Shown: positions 42,079-53,514 of the stretch, in pieces
Position numbering within the stretch: position 1 is the stretch's first letter
How the letters are laid out: each line of letters starts with the position of its first letter
Program-made: the position numbers and the translations under genes
The notes under the pieces: model-generated
Told to the model about the DNA's origin: nothing
The model's database searches: none
The model's input: the letters and a program-made list of their open reading frames with translations, nothing else
NCBI GenBank assembly: GCA_038087875.1
Contig: CM075996.1
Span: 2,792,001-2,856,000 of the forward strand
Reading direction: 5' to 3'
Length of the DNA: 64,000 nt
DNA from: Malacoraja senta
Taxonomy: Eukaryota

Positions 42079-42883
42079 CATTTATGATTCAGGTATTATT
42101 AATCCAACAGTTCAAATTGAAAACCTTGACAACATGGAAAGACCACATGTTCATGAAGCCAATGCTATTGTATGTCCATACCTGACAATATCGCACACAA
42201 GAGCAGTACAGAGACCCAATGTGTAGGAAGGAACCGCAGATGCTGGTTTACACTGAAGATAAGACACAAAATGCTGGAGTAACTCAGCGGTACAGGCAGC
42301 ATCTCTGGATAGAACCTCTAGATCCTTCTAACCAGGGATGCGGCCTGTCCCGCTGAGTTCCTCCAGCATTTTGTGTCTATCTTCAGTGCAGCGACCCACC
42401 CTATCCTGCAGTCATAGGCCTTTTGTGCAGCAGCAGTCTTTAGAGCTGGAAATAGACAGGTCAGATCAGGATGGTGAGGAAATAATAAAATCAATATTCT
42501 TTTTCTTAAGCACATCAGTTCCTTTTTACAATCCACAGAACATAAAATAATGAACGGCAAACCAACGACTATGATGAATGAATCGCTGCAGGATAGTGGC
42601 ATCTTATTATCCAATGGCAGAAAGCACGCCTGCAAGTAAAACCCCACTAGGTTGAGACCAGTGGTCGATTGAGACCTCAAGAGTAACAAGACTTGCATGA
42701 TTAATTCCATACTAAATTTGGCTTTTGTCTTCAGTGTACTCTCCTCCACTAAACACCAGTGCAACACCAGTCTGTTTACAACAAGTCCATAATGTTTTAA
42801 AAGATAACCTTCAAGTCCACCACACACGTTTCTGGTCTCCTGACGGCCAGCGGCGAATGGCAACATCTCTGGCCCTCTTGACT

Positions 42884-43000
42884 TCATTGAGGGATTCCGC
42901 TGGGGCTGAATGATATCAAATCCTGGAGGGCAGCTGCAAATGGGTGAACGAGCTGGTCCTCTGCACTTGCTCCAAATGGGCTCATGTAATTGTCGTCCTT
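42884..43000 (-). CDS. DLGAP5: DLGAP5 last coding exon (KDDNYMSPFG..LQDLISFSPSGIPQ*)
   Basis: TTTTTAAG CAG|AAG acceptor, phase 0; TGA at 42886-42884; DLISFSP resembles the HURP C-terminal LITFSP. Confidence 0.8.
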   Translation of the reverse strand, partial: KDDNYMSPFGASAEDQLVHPFAAALQDLISFSPSGIPQ

Positions 43001-44521
43001 CTGCTTAAAAACACAAAAGCCGCTAAACTTGAACATGCTTTCAGTACCCAAAACATAAAACTGGGTTCCAAAATAAATCCAGCTGAAAAGTTAAACCCAC
43101 AGGCATTTGCAGTGGAAACCTCATTGAAACTTACCAAATAGTGAAAGGCTCGGATAGAGTGGATGTGAAGAGGATGCTGACTAGTGGAAAAGTCCTAGAC
43201 CAATTTTACCAATTCACCTCCGAGGATGAATAAAGTTCTATCGTATCATATCGGTCATAGCCTCGGAATCAAAGGACATTCCTTTAGGAAGGAGATGAGG
43301 AGGAATTTCTATAGTCAGAGGGTGGTGAATCTGTGGAATTCTTTGCCACAGAAGGCTGTGGAGGCCAAATCAATAGATATTTTTACAGCAGAGATGGATA
43401 GATTCTTGATTAGTACAGGTGTCAGGGTTTATGGGGAGAAGGCAGGAGAATGGGGTTAGGAGAGAGAGATAGATCAGCCATGATTGAATGGTGGGGTAGA
43501 CTTGATGGGCCAAATGGCCCAATTCTGCTCCTATCACTTACGACCTTATGAAATCTGTGCAGCCACCAAGGACAAAGCCCAGATACATCAGCGTTCATAC
43601 TGGGACCAAGTCTGGTCTGTGTACAAGCTCCAATCTCCCCCCTCAATAGTTGCAATCAGTCACACATGCTAATCAGATTCCAGCTGTAAAACAATTGAGC
43701 AACATCAGGTAGAAGAGAACACAAAACAATAGCTGGACCCCAAGGCTAGGGTGGGAAAGACAGATGGTTTGAACATCTGACTGTTACTTAACACTTTCAA
43801 ATTCAATAGCGAATCTCAATGTTAAGATGCAGTTCAAAAAAGTTCACTGCAACAAAAATATTTCCCAAGTTACTTACTACATCCACTTTCTTATTGCATT
43901 TACAAGCTTCTATTTAAAGCACTCTGTAGAGGCAAATGGATTGTAGTTCGTGCAGAAGTTAAGGAGGTCGCCTAAGTTACGGCCAAAGGTAGTTTACAAA
44001 GTGGGACGGAGACAAGAGAATGCAGATGCTGCAATCTCAAACAGTACAAAGTGCTGGAGAAACAGAGGTCAGGCAGTATTCGGGGAAGGTATGAACAGGT
44101 AACGTTTCGGGCTGGGATCCTCCATTAGGTCCCAACCCCAAAACATCACCTGTCCATTTCCTCCCCAGATGCTGCCTGACCCACTGAGTTCCTCTCGCGT
44201 TGGTTTACGAAGTGGGTTGTTCCGGACGGAATAGAAATAAGAATAGCACTTGATCTTTGCATAATTTGGTTACGTTACGGCTAATTTGTAACTCATCTCC
44301 ATCAGGCCATCTTGGTTTCATAACCCTGGAAAGTAACAACTTGTTATAACCACAGCTTCACAAATACAGCTGAAAATAATAATAATAATAATAATAATGG
44401 ACACATTTTCAAACTGGATAGGGGAGAGGCCTGAAAATCAAGTCACCTGCTGAACATCTAGGATACGAGCAGAGACAATTGCACATAGAATTAGTAATTA
44501 TGGAAGCTGTTCTTTCCTTAC

Positions 44522-44625
44522 CATTTTATGGACAGCAGTTGCTTTAGCCAACGCATCACCCACAGAATTTGAACAAGGAGTAGTTTGAACAAGTGTGGTG
44601 GGAAGGGAATTGAGAGTCAGCAGAC
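44522..44625 (-). CDS. DLGAP5: DLGAP5 exon (GLLTLNSLPTTLVQTTPCSNSVGDALAKATAVHKM)
   Basis: CCCCAG|GT..ATG|GTAAGG; 104 nt, phase 1/0, fits both neighbours. Confidence 0.72.
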
Positions 44626-44763
44626 CTGGGGGAGGAAGCAAATGTAAATAAGAACAATCTGAACCGCAAAGAAAATATTTCAATCCCAAGTCACCAGCTA
44701 ATTTGTGTCAGATAGTTAAAATAGTTTCAATCCACTTTAGACACACAACACTCTTTTAAAAGG

Positions 44764-44945
44764 TTTAAGAAATAACTGCAGATGCTGGAAAAATCGAAGA
44801 TAGACAAAAATGCTGGATCAACTCAGAGGGTGAATCAGCATCTATGGAGCGAACGAATAGGTGACGTTTCGGGCCGAAACGTCACCTATTCCTTCGCTCC
44901 ATAGATGCTGCCTCACCCGCTGAGTTTCTCCAGCATTTTTGTCTA
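44764..44945. mobile_element. Fold-back Penelope-like insertion with 10-bp TSD
   Basis: TTTTAAAAGG at 44754-44763 and 44946-44955; arms mirror around GTTTCGGGCCGAAAC. Confidence 0.8.
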
Positions 44946-45592
44946 TTTTAAAAGGCAGCAGGTTTCTGCCTGTTACATTTAGTGACATCTGGTGGCTAGT
45001 CAAAGCAGGAATCTGAGATGAGTAACCAGTATTCTAAAATTATATTAAAGGGAGGGGAGAGAGAGAGAATCCCTTTGTTTATCATCTTGGTCAATTCACT
45101 TGACACAAAGCACTTCTGGTTGAAGGGCTCCCCTGAAGTTGAGGCTCCAGATGCCCAATATACAAGTCATAAATCATAAGTTTACAGAGCAGAATTAATT
45201 AGGCTATACAGCCCATCAAGTCAACTCTGCCATTCGGTTTACACCAGCATCTGCAATCCCTTCCAACGCAATAAGTCTACTCTGCCATTTAATCATGGCT
45301 GATCTATTTTTCACTCTCAACCCCTTTCTCCCCATAACTCCTGACATCCTTAGTCATCAAGAATCTGTCAATCTCCGTCATAAAAATATCCATTGACTTG
45401 ACCTTCCCAACAATCTGTGGCAATGAATTCAAGGTCTCAAGGTCAGTTTATTGTCACCCTCTAAAGAAATTCCTCCTCATCTTTCTAAAGGTATGCCCTT
45501 GTATTCTGTCTCTGTGTCAGATAGTTAAAATAGTTTCAATCCACTTTAGACGAACACTATTTTAAAAGGTAGCAGGTTTCTGCCTGTTACAT

Positions 45593-45610
45593 TGAGCGCC
45601 ATCTAGTGGC
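45593..45610 (-). promoter_or_regulatory. Candidate CTCF site
   Basis: GCCACTAGATGGCGCTCA matches the CTCF core consensus; paralogous copy at 44979-44996. Confidence 0.55.
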
Positions 45611-46005
45611 TCATCAAAGCAGGAATCGGAGATGTGCAACCAGTATTCCAAAATTATATCAAAGGGAGGGCCTCTGGTCCGTGACTCTCCCACTAGTGGA
45701 AACATCCTCCCCACATCCCCTCTATCCAGGCCTTTCACCATTCCATAAGCCTCAATGAGGCCCCCCTCATCCTTTTAAACTTCAGCGAGTTCAGGCAGAG
45801 TGCCGTCAATCTCGAATAATTCAGCATTGGTGTATCTGAGCAGGTCAGGCAGCAACTCTGGAGAATCTTCTTCAGACTGATTGTGGTGGAGGAGAGGAGG
45901 GGGCATGAGAAAGCTTGACAGGCGATACATGGATACAGGCTGGGGGGGGGGGTGTTTGACAGGTAGATTACTGGACAAAGGGCAAAGACGACGAGACAAA
46001 ATACA

Positions 46006-46748
46006 TACATAGATACATAGAAATTAGGTGCAGGAGTAGGCCATTCGGCCCTTCGAGCCTGCACCGCCATTCAATACGATCATGGCTGATCATCCAACTC
46101 AGTATCCCGTACCTGCCTTCTCTCCATACCCCCTGATCCCTTTAGCCACAAGGGCCACATCTAATTCCCTCTTAAATATAGCCAATGAACTGGCCTCAAC
46201 TACCCTCTGTGGCAGAGAGTTCCAGAGATTCACCACTCTCTGTGTGAAAAAGTTTTTCCTCATCTCGGTCTTAAAGGATTTTCCCCTTATCCTTAAGCTG
46301 TGACCCCTTGTCCTGGACTTCCCCAACATCGGGAACAATCTTCCTGCATCTAGCCTGTCCAACCCCATAAGAATCTTGTACGTTTCTATAAGATCCCCTC
46401 TCAATCTCCTAAATTCTAGCGAGTATAAGCCAAGTCTATCCAGTCTTTCTTCATATGAGAGTCCTGACATCCCAGGAATCAGTCTGGTGAACCTTCTCTG
46501 CACTCCCTCTATGGCTATAATGTCCTTCCTCAGATTTGGAGACCAAAACTGTACGCAATACTCCAGGTGTGGTCTCACCAAGACCCTGTACAACTGCAGT
46601 AGAACCTCACTGCTCCTATACTCAAATCCTCTTGCTATGAAGGCCAACATACCATTCGCTTTCTTCACTGCCTGCTGCACCTGCATGCCTACTTTCAATG
46701 ACTGGTGTACCATGACACCCAGGTCTCGCTGCATCTCCCCATTTCCTA
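46006..46748 (-). mobile_element. Young CR1-clade LINE 3' fragment with an open 211-aa ORF2 end
   Basis: [57 protein letters not shown]. Confidence 0.92.
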
Positions 46749-47199
46749 ATCGGAAAATGCGAGATAAGAGGTGAAAATTGTTAAGCTAGAGGAAGGAACG
46801 CAGGTGAATGTAAGTGTCTCCGACTTGTGCAGACTTTTCTTTAATTTGAGGGTTGGCAACTGGTTCACTCATTAGTCTGGAGTGCAAGTCAGTGGTTTCA
46901 GAGCGCATGTGTGATTATTGGTGAGAATTTCTGGGTCAAATTAAAATGGAATTGTGTGGCAATCTGTGCCTGCCACAAGGTTTGCCGCATCTGATATTCA
47001 TGTAATGTCATTGCTGTGGAATATGTTTTTGGAGGTTTGGTTGCCACTGGGAACAGTCCCAGCACTGCACTGTTTGACCCCAGCTGGGATCTGGGAAGCA
47101 CCCTCTGACGGAAGGACCCGTTTCTACACCTTATCGCTCAACTAAAAGGAGCAAACTCCTAAATCAAGGTGTTACATGCACTAACAAAATTCAATGTAC

Positions 47200-47446
47200 C
47201 TGAATGACTGGTCAATTGCAGCTCCCCCAGCAAAGTCGTGTGGGCGCTGGTCGAAGGTTGCTCACACACAGGACTCGTCATTTCCACATCGTGCACTGAA
47301 GATTGTGTTTCCACTGGTAGCTCAATGTCACCTGTCGAGCTTTCTTGGGGGCAACTAGACTTGACACCATTATGGACTGAAGACTGCATTGCTTCTGGCT
47401 GGTGGTGAGCACTCAAACTGGGCTGGAGATACCGCTCAAAATCTAC
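47200..47446 (-). CDS. DLGAP5: DLGAP5 exon (VDFERYLQPSLS..DVEMTSPVCEQPSTS..LTSHS)
   Basis: CCCCAG|GTA..TCAG|GTACAT; 247 nt, phase 0/1. Confidence 0.8.
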
Positions 47447-47594
47447 CTGGGGAAACCATAAAAGTGTTAATCTACTTTTGCAGATAATATACCCAGCCGT
47501 AAACAAATCAACACCTGACAACAAGGGCAAATAGTTACATCATAACCCCTCCTTCCACTATCACCCCCTTACTCTTGGCTCAAAGCTTCAGACG

Positions 47595-48088
47595 TGTCAC
47601 ATCACCCCGATCCTGGCCTCTCTCCACTGGCTCCCTGTGCGGTTCCGAATAAATTTCAAGATCCTCCTTTATGTCTACAAAGCCCTTAATGGGCTTGCCC
47701 CCACCTACATCAAAAGTCTGCTCACCCACCACTCCACCTCCAGGTCCCTCAGATCGGCCGACTTGGGGTCACTGAACATCCCGCGGTCTAGGCATAAGCT
47801 CAGGGGCGACCGCGCCTTTGCGGTTGCAGCTCCTAGACTGTGGAACAGCATCCCCCTTCCCATCAGAACTGCCCCCTCCATCGACTCCTTTAAGTCGAGA
47901 CTTAAAACCCATCTCTACTCCCAAGCCTTTCTTGACGTCCTCTGAGCGAGGGCTATATGTATGTAGTGTGTTTGTATTTAATCTATGAACCACTGTTGTA
48001 TAACGTTAGTATCTCCACCAATGTAAAGCACTTTGGCCAACGAGAGTTGTTTTTTAAATGTGCTATAGAAATAAAAGTGACTTGACTC
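47595..48088 (+). mobile_element. L2-clade LINE 3' end
   Basis: HITPILASLHWLPVRFRINFKILL..KALNGLAP..RSLRS..GDRAFAVAAPRLWNSIP..FKSRLKTHL. Confidence 0.9.
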
Positions 48089-48577
48089 AACTTACTCGGG
48101 GCAGAATTTAGCAGAGAATCAAGTTGAAAACTGGATATCTATAATCTGCATGCCTATTTCTCACAGATTCATTGGGGATATGGTTACTAATGCAGGTGTC
48201 TACCACTTGAAAATAACACATTTAGAAATCGCCAGACATAACATTTTTACGAGTTCACTTTGGTCCATCAACCTAGCACAGTAACAATCAAGAGGGTAAA
48301 TGGCTGACCATCCAGTGAACAGCTCTAAAATGCCATTGTTACATTCCCTACCATGTTGGCTATTCTTTCAAATAGCTGAAAGAAGTTAACGTACAAGATT
48401 CCATCCAAAAAAGCTATGGTTTCATTTTCAATTTCTAGATTGACTGTCCCAGTATATCAAGTACACTAAAGCAATAGTGATGCTCACCCATTTAAAAGCA
48501 CGACTGCCAATAATCAATGGCACTGGATTATTAAAGTAACACCAAGTATATCGTTATGTCATGAAATTTAATCTTAC

Positions 48578-48620
48578 CTGTTTTGTGCTCTTTCCAGAAC
48601 AAGTACTTTGCTGTGCAGTG
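48578..48620 (-). CDS. DLGAP5: DLGAP5 small exon (TAQQSTCSGKSTKQ)
   Basis: TTTAG|C..CAG|GTAAGA; 43 nt, phase 2/0, bridges its neighbours exactly. Confidence 0.75.
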
Positions 48621-49856
48621 CTAAATAGAAGAAATCTCAGTTAGAAAACTAAGGTTCATGCACACAACCACTAAAGTGTAAGCCAAGCAAATGGAAGTTT
48701 TCCCACAAACTAATTTTCAATATTTTCTAAGGTACACATTACCAATGTTTGCAAAAGTACTGTCTTAAAAACCCCCCCCATAATTAACCAAAGTTGGAAG
48801 CACAACCATTTCATAGAGTTTTGTTTCCCACAAAACATGTTTTTTTTTAGAAACCACAGGGAACGATTACAACTTTAAGCATTGGGTTGATTGTGGAATT
48901 CATGACCGTGTAACTGAGTCAAAGTATTTTTGTTATTGGCTAAACTAGCATGTTATCCAGATTTTTTAAAACTTGGGACAAGTCCAAGTTGCCCATTCAT
49001 TTCCTCCAAGTGTACAGGGATGCAACACCCCATTCACTGCTGTGTTCCCTATAAAAAGTGGCCATGGCTTTGTCTTTTTCAGTCCAACTTTGATGGACAC
49101 TCGGACCAACAGATACAAGAAAATCTACATAGAGTATACATTATGGAAACAGGCCATTTGGTCCAACGTATATGCTAACCAAGTTGTCATCCCGGGTTAG
49201 TCCCATTTGACTGTACTCTAAAGCATTCCTATCTTTTTTTTCTGTTCAAATGTCTTTTGAAAATCGTGGTTGAATCTGCTTCCACAACTTCCTCTGAAAT
49301 TGCAGATATGGACTACCCTTCATGGAAAAGGTTGCCCTCGAGATCAGGGACCTTGAATCTTAGCACCTATTGCTATTCAGTTGCACACAACTCAAACACA
49401 CCCTTTGTTGCCTCCATTCAATTCCACAGTTTGTTGCTTTTGCTTTCCCCATGATACAGGGTCCTGGCTTACCAAACTGAAGAGAATTAGTATTAGCAAG
49501 AGACTACCGCCTATCATTATCAGCTTTCCATGGACAACCGTTATGCCTACTATGTTCTGTTGTGCTGAAGCAAAGCAAGAATTTAATTGTCCCATCAGGG
49601 ACACATGACAATAAACTCTCTTGACTCTCTACTTGATGTCAAACGTTTCCCTAAAATAATGTAAAAAGATCAAGTTACAAAATCATGAAATCTGACAACT
49701 ATTCTACCTTGCTGCACAGCAGACAAGATTAAGGCATGCATGTAATATTATGGCTTGGAAGAATATCCAATTAGCATTACTCTAGAATAGGACAGAAGTA
49801 AACCCGCATCAACATGGTCAGCATTTATTTTAAAAAATAGCAAGCAGCAAACTCAC

Positions 49857-50061
49857 CCCTCTCCATCCATGGAACTAATGAGGTTTGTCATGACACGTGA
49901 TTCTGTCTTTGTCACTTTATTAAAGCTTGCACAAGTGTGCGGGCTTGAACTCTTTGTCACATACGGCACAGGAGATGCAGGAATAGCTGAGCGGACACTC
50001 AACCTGGTGGCACTGCATTGGCCTTTTGATCTTTGCCTTGGTGGACATGCTTTAGGAGTCA
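49857..50061 (-). CDS. DLGAP5: DLGAP5 exon (VTPKACPPRQRSK..LISSMDGEG)
   Basis: CCAG|TG..GG|GTGAGT; 205 nt, phase 1/2. Confidence 0.8.
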
Positions 50062-50914
50062 CTGGTTAAACATTAGAATTTCAAAGTTAATTGTCACTTC
50101 AAAGTTCATGTAAATTCATACTCGAAAACTTGCTGGCCATGCACCACTAGAAGCATAGAATTTAATCTCTAATTTGCAAACAATCTACATAATTGCAAGA
50201 TCCTATCTTCAACATGTCAGCGTTAATTTGACCAGCATGGAATTTCCTATTCTCACAGCATTTGGAATGCCTAAAGTTACCTTTTGGCAGTCAACATCTT
50301 TAAACATCGGTTTATGCTGGCAGTTCCCAGTCACATCATTTGAGTGAGGAGGGTAGACAAGAGAATGGAGAAAGTACACCAGTCATTGCAATCCTGTTCC
50401 ATTTGTTGCACAGATATCCAAAGTTAATAGGAGGTCAATAGGAGGTCAATGTATCCTTTTGCACCATGCCCATTTAAATGACGGTTTAATTAGCCTCAGA
50501 TGTATGTTTCCACCACCACCTCTTGCAGTATGTTTCAGATAAGCACTAAAAAAAGTTTTTGAGTTTCAGTTTAAAAACACCTTCTCTCCATGGACCGTTC
50601 AATCCCGACAATGGATACCGTGTTTGTACGTTCTCCCTGTGACCGTGTGGGTTTTCTCTGGGTGCTCCGGATTCCTCCCACCCTCCAAAGACGTACAGGT
50701 TTGCAGGTTAATTGGCTTTGGCAAATTGTCCCCAGTGTTATTAAGATAGTTTGTGTGCGGTGATCGCATGGACTTGGTGGGTCGAAGGGCTGTTTCCACG
50801 CAGTCTCACCAAACCAAAAACCTCTCTGCATCTTCCCGTGTTCTTAAACAAAGCCATGCCCAACTTACAAACATTTGCAGTCAGCTGCGATGAATTGTGT
50901 GGAATGAATCTTAC

Positions 50915-51116
50915 CAGTGAAGTATTTTGCAGGACTCTCCACTCTGAAGAAACCTGCGTCAAATACAATGGCATCACTTTGAGTTTCTTTGTTGCTGGAG
51001 TCAGCCATTTCCTGCTTCATTTTGGCCTTCAGAGCTGCCTTCATAGCTGCAAAGCGGCTCGTGGCTGCTGCACTTGGTTTCATTACTTCCTCTGGCTTTG
51101 ACCTGGCAGCCTTTTT
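50915..51116 (-). CDS. DLGAP5: DLGAP5 exon (KKAARSK..SRFAAMKAALKAK..IVFDAGFFRVESPAKYFT)
   Basis: TTAG|AAA..ACTG|GTAAGA; 202 nt, phase 0/1; conserved VFDAGFFRVESP. Confidence 0.93.
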
Positions 51117-51464
51117 CTAAGTGAAAAACATTTTGTTAGCAATAGCAGACAAAAAATTACCAAATCCATATAGCGAGTTATTGTTGGCAGTTGAAACTCC
51201 ATCTTCAGAAAATCTTACTGTTATTGAAACTGGTGTTACCCAATAAAGTTACCACTTTAAAAAAATCAGGATTAACACAACTGCAAATTATCAGGATGAA
51301 CACAACTGCAAACTCCACACAGACAGCACCAGTGGTCAGGATGGAACCCAGGTCTGAGGCAGCAGCTCAACCAGCCGCACCACTGTGCACTAGAAAGTGC
51401 ACATATTCTACATTTTACTATCAAGTGGTTAACTGCTCTAGATTCTAAATTTCATATCCTTTAC

Positions 51465-51554
51465 CTTGACCACTCTTTTGGGCAATGTGGGCTCCTCCCA
51501 GTTATTTTCTTGAATCTTTTTTAATCGCTGAAACTTATTGTTGACATCTTCCAC
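51465..51554 (-). CDS. DLGAP5: DLGAP5 GKAP-domain exon (VEDVNNKFQRLKKIQENNWEEPTLPKRVVK)
   Basis: CCTAG|GTG..AAG|GTAAAG; 90 nt, phase 0/0. Confidence 0.93.
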
Positions 51555-52485
51555 CTAGGGAGAAATAATAAACAGTGATCTAAAAGCAAGATAGCAAAAA
51601 CATTGTGGAGCAGTAACATAGGTGGGTATTAGGTACAGTAAGGACACCAGGACTTGTTTTTGCAACAAATCTTCATTTATAAACTTTGACTCTTTTTCCA
51701 CCTCGATTAGTTTTTCTAACTGCATTTGTCAGTTTAAACGAGAAATAATGGCTTGTCCTTTTTTATTAAATTATTGTATATCAGGAGATTCAATTCAGAA
51801 AATTAATTTAAGTGTCTGCAACTTGTGACAATATGAGAGTTACATGGTATTTTACTCTACAATAAATCCAAGTAGAACATTTCTTGTAACAACGGCTTAC
51901 TGAAACCTAACAGCAAACTAAGGGTGTTCTTGCGCTGTTTGCACCTTAACCCTTTCTCTGCATACATCTAGCAATTATTCAGCATGGAAGTTTCTTGCTG
52001 GTGACGTTTTATTTGAAGAAATCTAATCAATTGCCCGGATTGTGTAGGGGTAACAGTTGCCTGTTGGCAGGCTCAGGCCCTTGGTCAGGTGGCCCACGCC
52101 GTATGCCTGCTCAATGATTTCTGTTGCAAGTGCTAATGGATGAATTAATGGCAATGTCATGATTTTGTCTGCCCAATATCCCTCACTCATCCACCCCAGC
52201 CCCTTCTACCAAGGAGTTAATCTCCTTGCCATTCATCATTTGTGGAATCATTAAACTAATAGGTGCTTATAGAAATACGTTCCAATACAAAGTTAAGTTG
52301 TCAACAACTTCAGGAGAGGAATGCAGAATCAGTGGATGATGCCCGTCCCTTTAAAGCAAGGAAGAGTATTCACCTGAAAGTCTCAATCAGGATGCAAAAG
52401 GAAAATCAGTCCCAATTTAATCATAATGACTAAATTTCAATCACAATGTTCTGCCTGGGTGTTTAAAAACAAAGCCTTCAGATAC

Positions 52486-52646
52486 CTGGAAATAGACCAT
52501 GTCCCAAAACCCTTCCAGATCTCCAGAGGTGACTTCCTTTTCACTAGTCTTCAACTCGCAGTTGTCGACAAGACCTCTGAATTGTTTGAATCGTTCAGCC
52601 ATAAGGAGACGCGCCTGTCCCAGAGTTGTACGAAGCAGGTCCTTAA
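52486..52646 (-). CDS. DLGAP5: DLGAP5 GKAP-domain exon (KDLLRTTLGQARLLMAERFKQFRGLVDNCE..DLEGFWDMVYFQ)
   Basis: CCCAG|TT..CAG|GTATCT; 161 nt, phase 1/0; GKAP signature DLxGFWDM. Confidence 0.95.
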
Positions 52647-52819
52647 CTGGGCAAAACAATGTTATGTGATTTTAAACTCAAGTTATCCAATTTTTGCCAG
52701 GACGGACAAGATTTTGAAAAATTACTGATTGAAGGCAGTGACAAAAACAGATAAATTACAGCTATTACATCGAGCAAGCATACAAGCCATGAATGTTAGA
52801 CATTCAATCATGAGAACCT

Positions 52820-52961
52820 GTGGGAAAGGTGTTAACATGGGGATACGAACAGTGAAATCAGCAGGACGAGGGGAGGGATGGAGAGAGAGGGAATGCAAGG
52901 GTTACTTGAAATTAGATAAATCAATATTCATACCGCTGGGTTGCATGCTGCCCAAGCAAAA
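52820..52961 (-). mobile_element. Second Penelope-like ORF C-terminal fragment
   Basis: 52961-52902 reads FCLGSMQPSGMNIDLSNFK*, homologous to 5268-5176. Confidence 0.7.
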
Positions 52962-53139
52962 TGTTCATGCTTCTGAGAAAATTCACCAATTCCACAAAAC
53001 TTTAAAAAACATGCAAGTTCAAATTTCAGGGCCCCTGATACTCAAACTAATGAATCATTCATGTTTTGTAATGAGACGGCATGCAAGCAAGCAGAAGATA
53101 GGTCCTATTCAAGAATCTCATTGAAGTTGAGCTTGATGA

Positions 53140-53514
53140 ATTCTTATGGGGTTGGACAGGCTAGATGCAGGAAGATTGTTCCCGATGTTGGGGAAGTCCA
53201 GGACAAGGGGTCACAGCTTAAGGATAAGGGGGAAATCCTTTAAGACCGAGATGAGGAAAAACTTTTTCACACAGAGAGTGGTGAATCTCTGGAACTCTCT
53301 GCCACAGAGGGTAGTTGAGGCCAGTTCATTGGCTATATTTAAGAGGGAGTTAGATGTGGCCCTTGTGGCTAAGGGGATCAGGGGGTATGGAGAGAAGGCA
53401 GGTACGGGATACTGAGTTGGATGATCAGCCATGATCATATTGAATGGCGGTGCAGGCTCGAAGGGCCGAATGGCCTACTCCTCCACCTATTTTCTATGTT
53501 TCTATGTTTCTATG
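53140..53514 (+). mobile_element. Young CR1-clade LINE 3' fragment
   Basis: Protein identical to the last 89 aa of the 46099-46734 ORF; (TTCTATGT)n tail. Confidence 0.9.

Noticed and set aside
41709..42226. ORFs spanning the N run
   Set aside because: Artefacts of the gap.
42318..42887. 189-aa minus-strand ORF overlapping the DLGAP5 stop
   Set aside because: No recognisable homology and it ends inside a repeat; best explained as 3' UTR.
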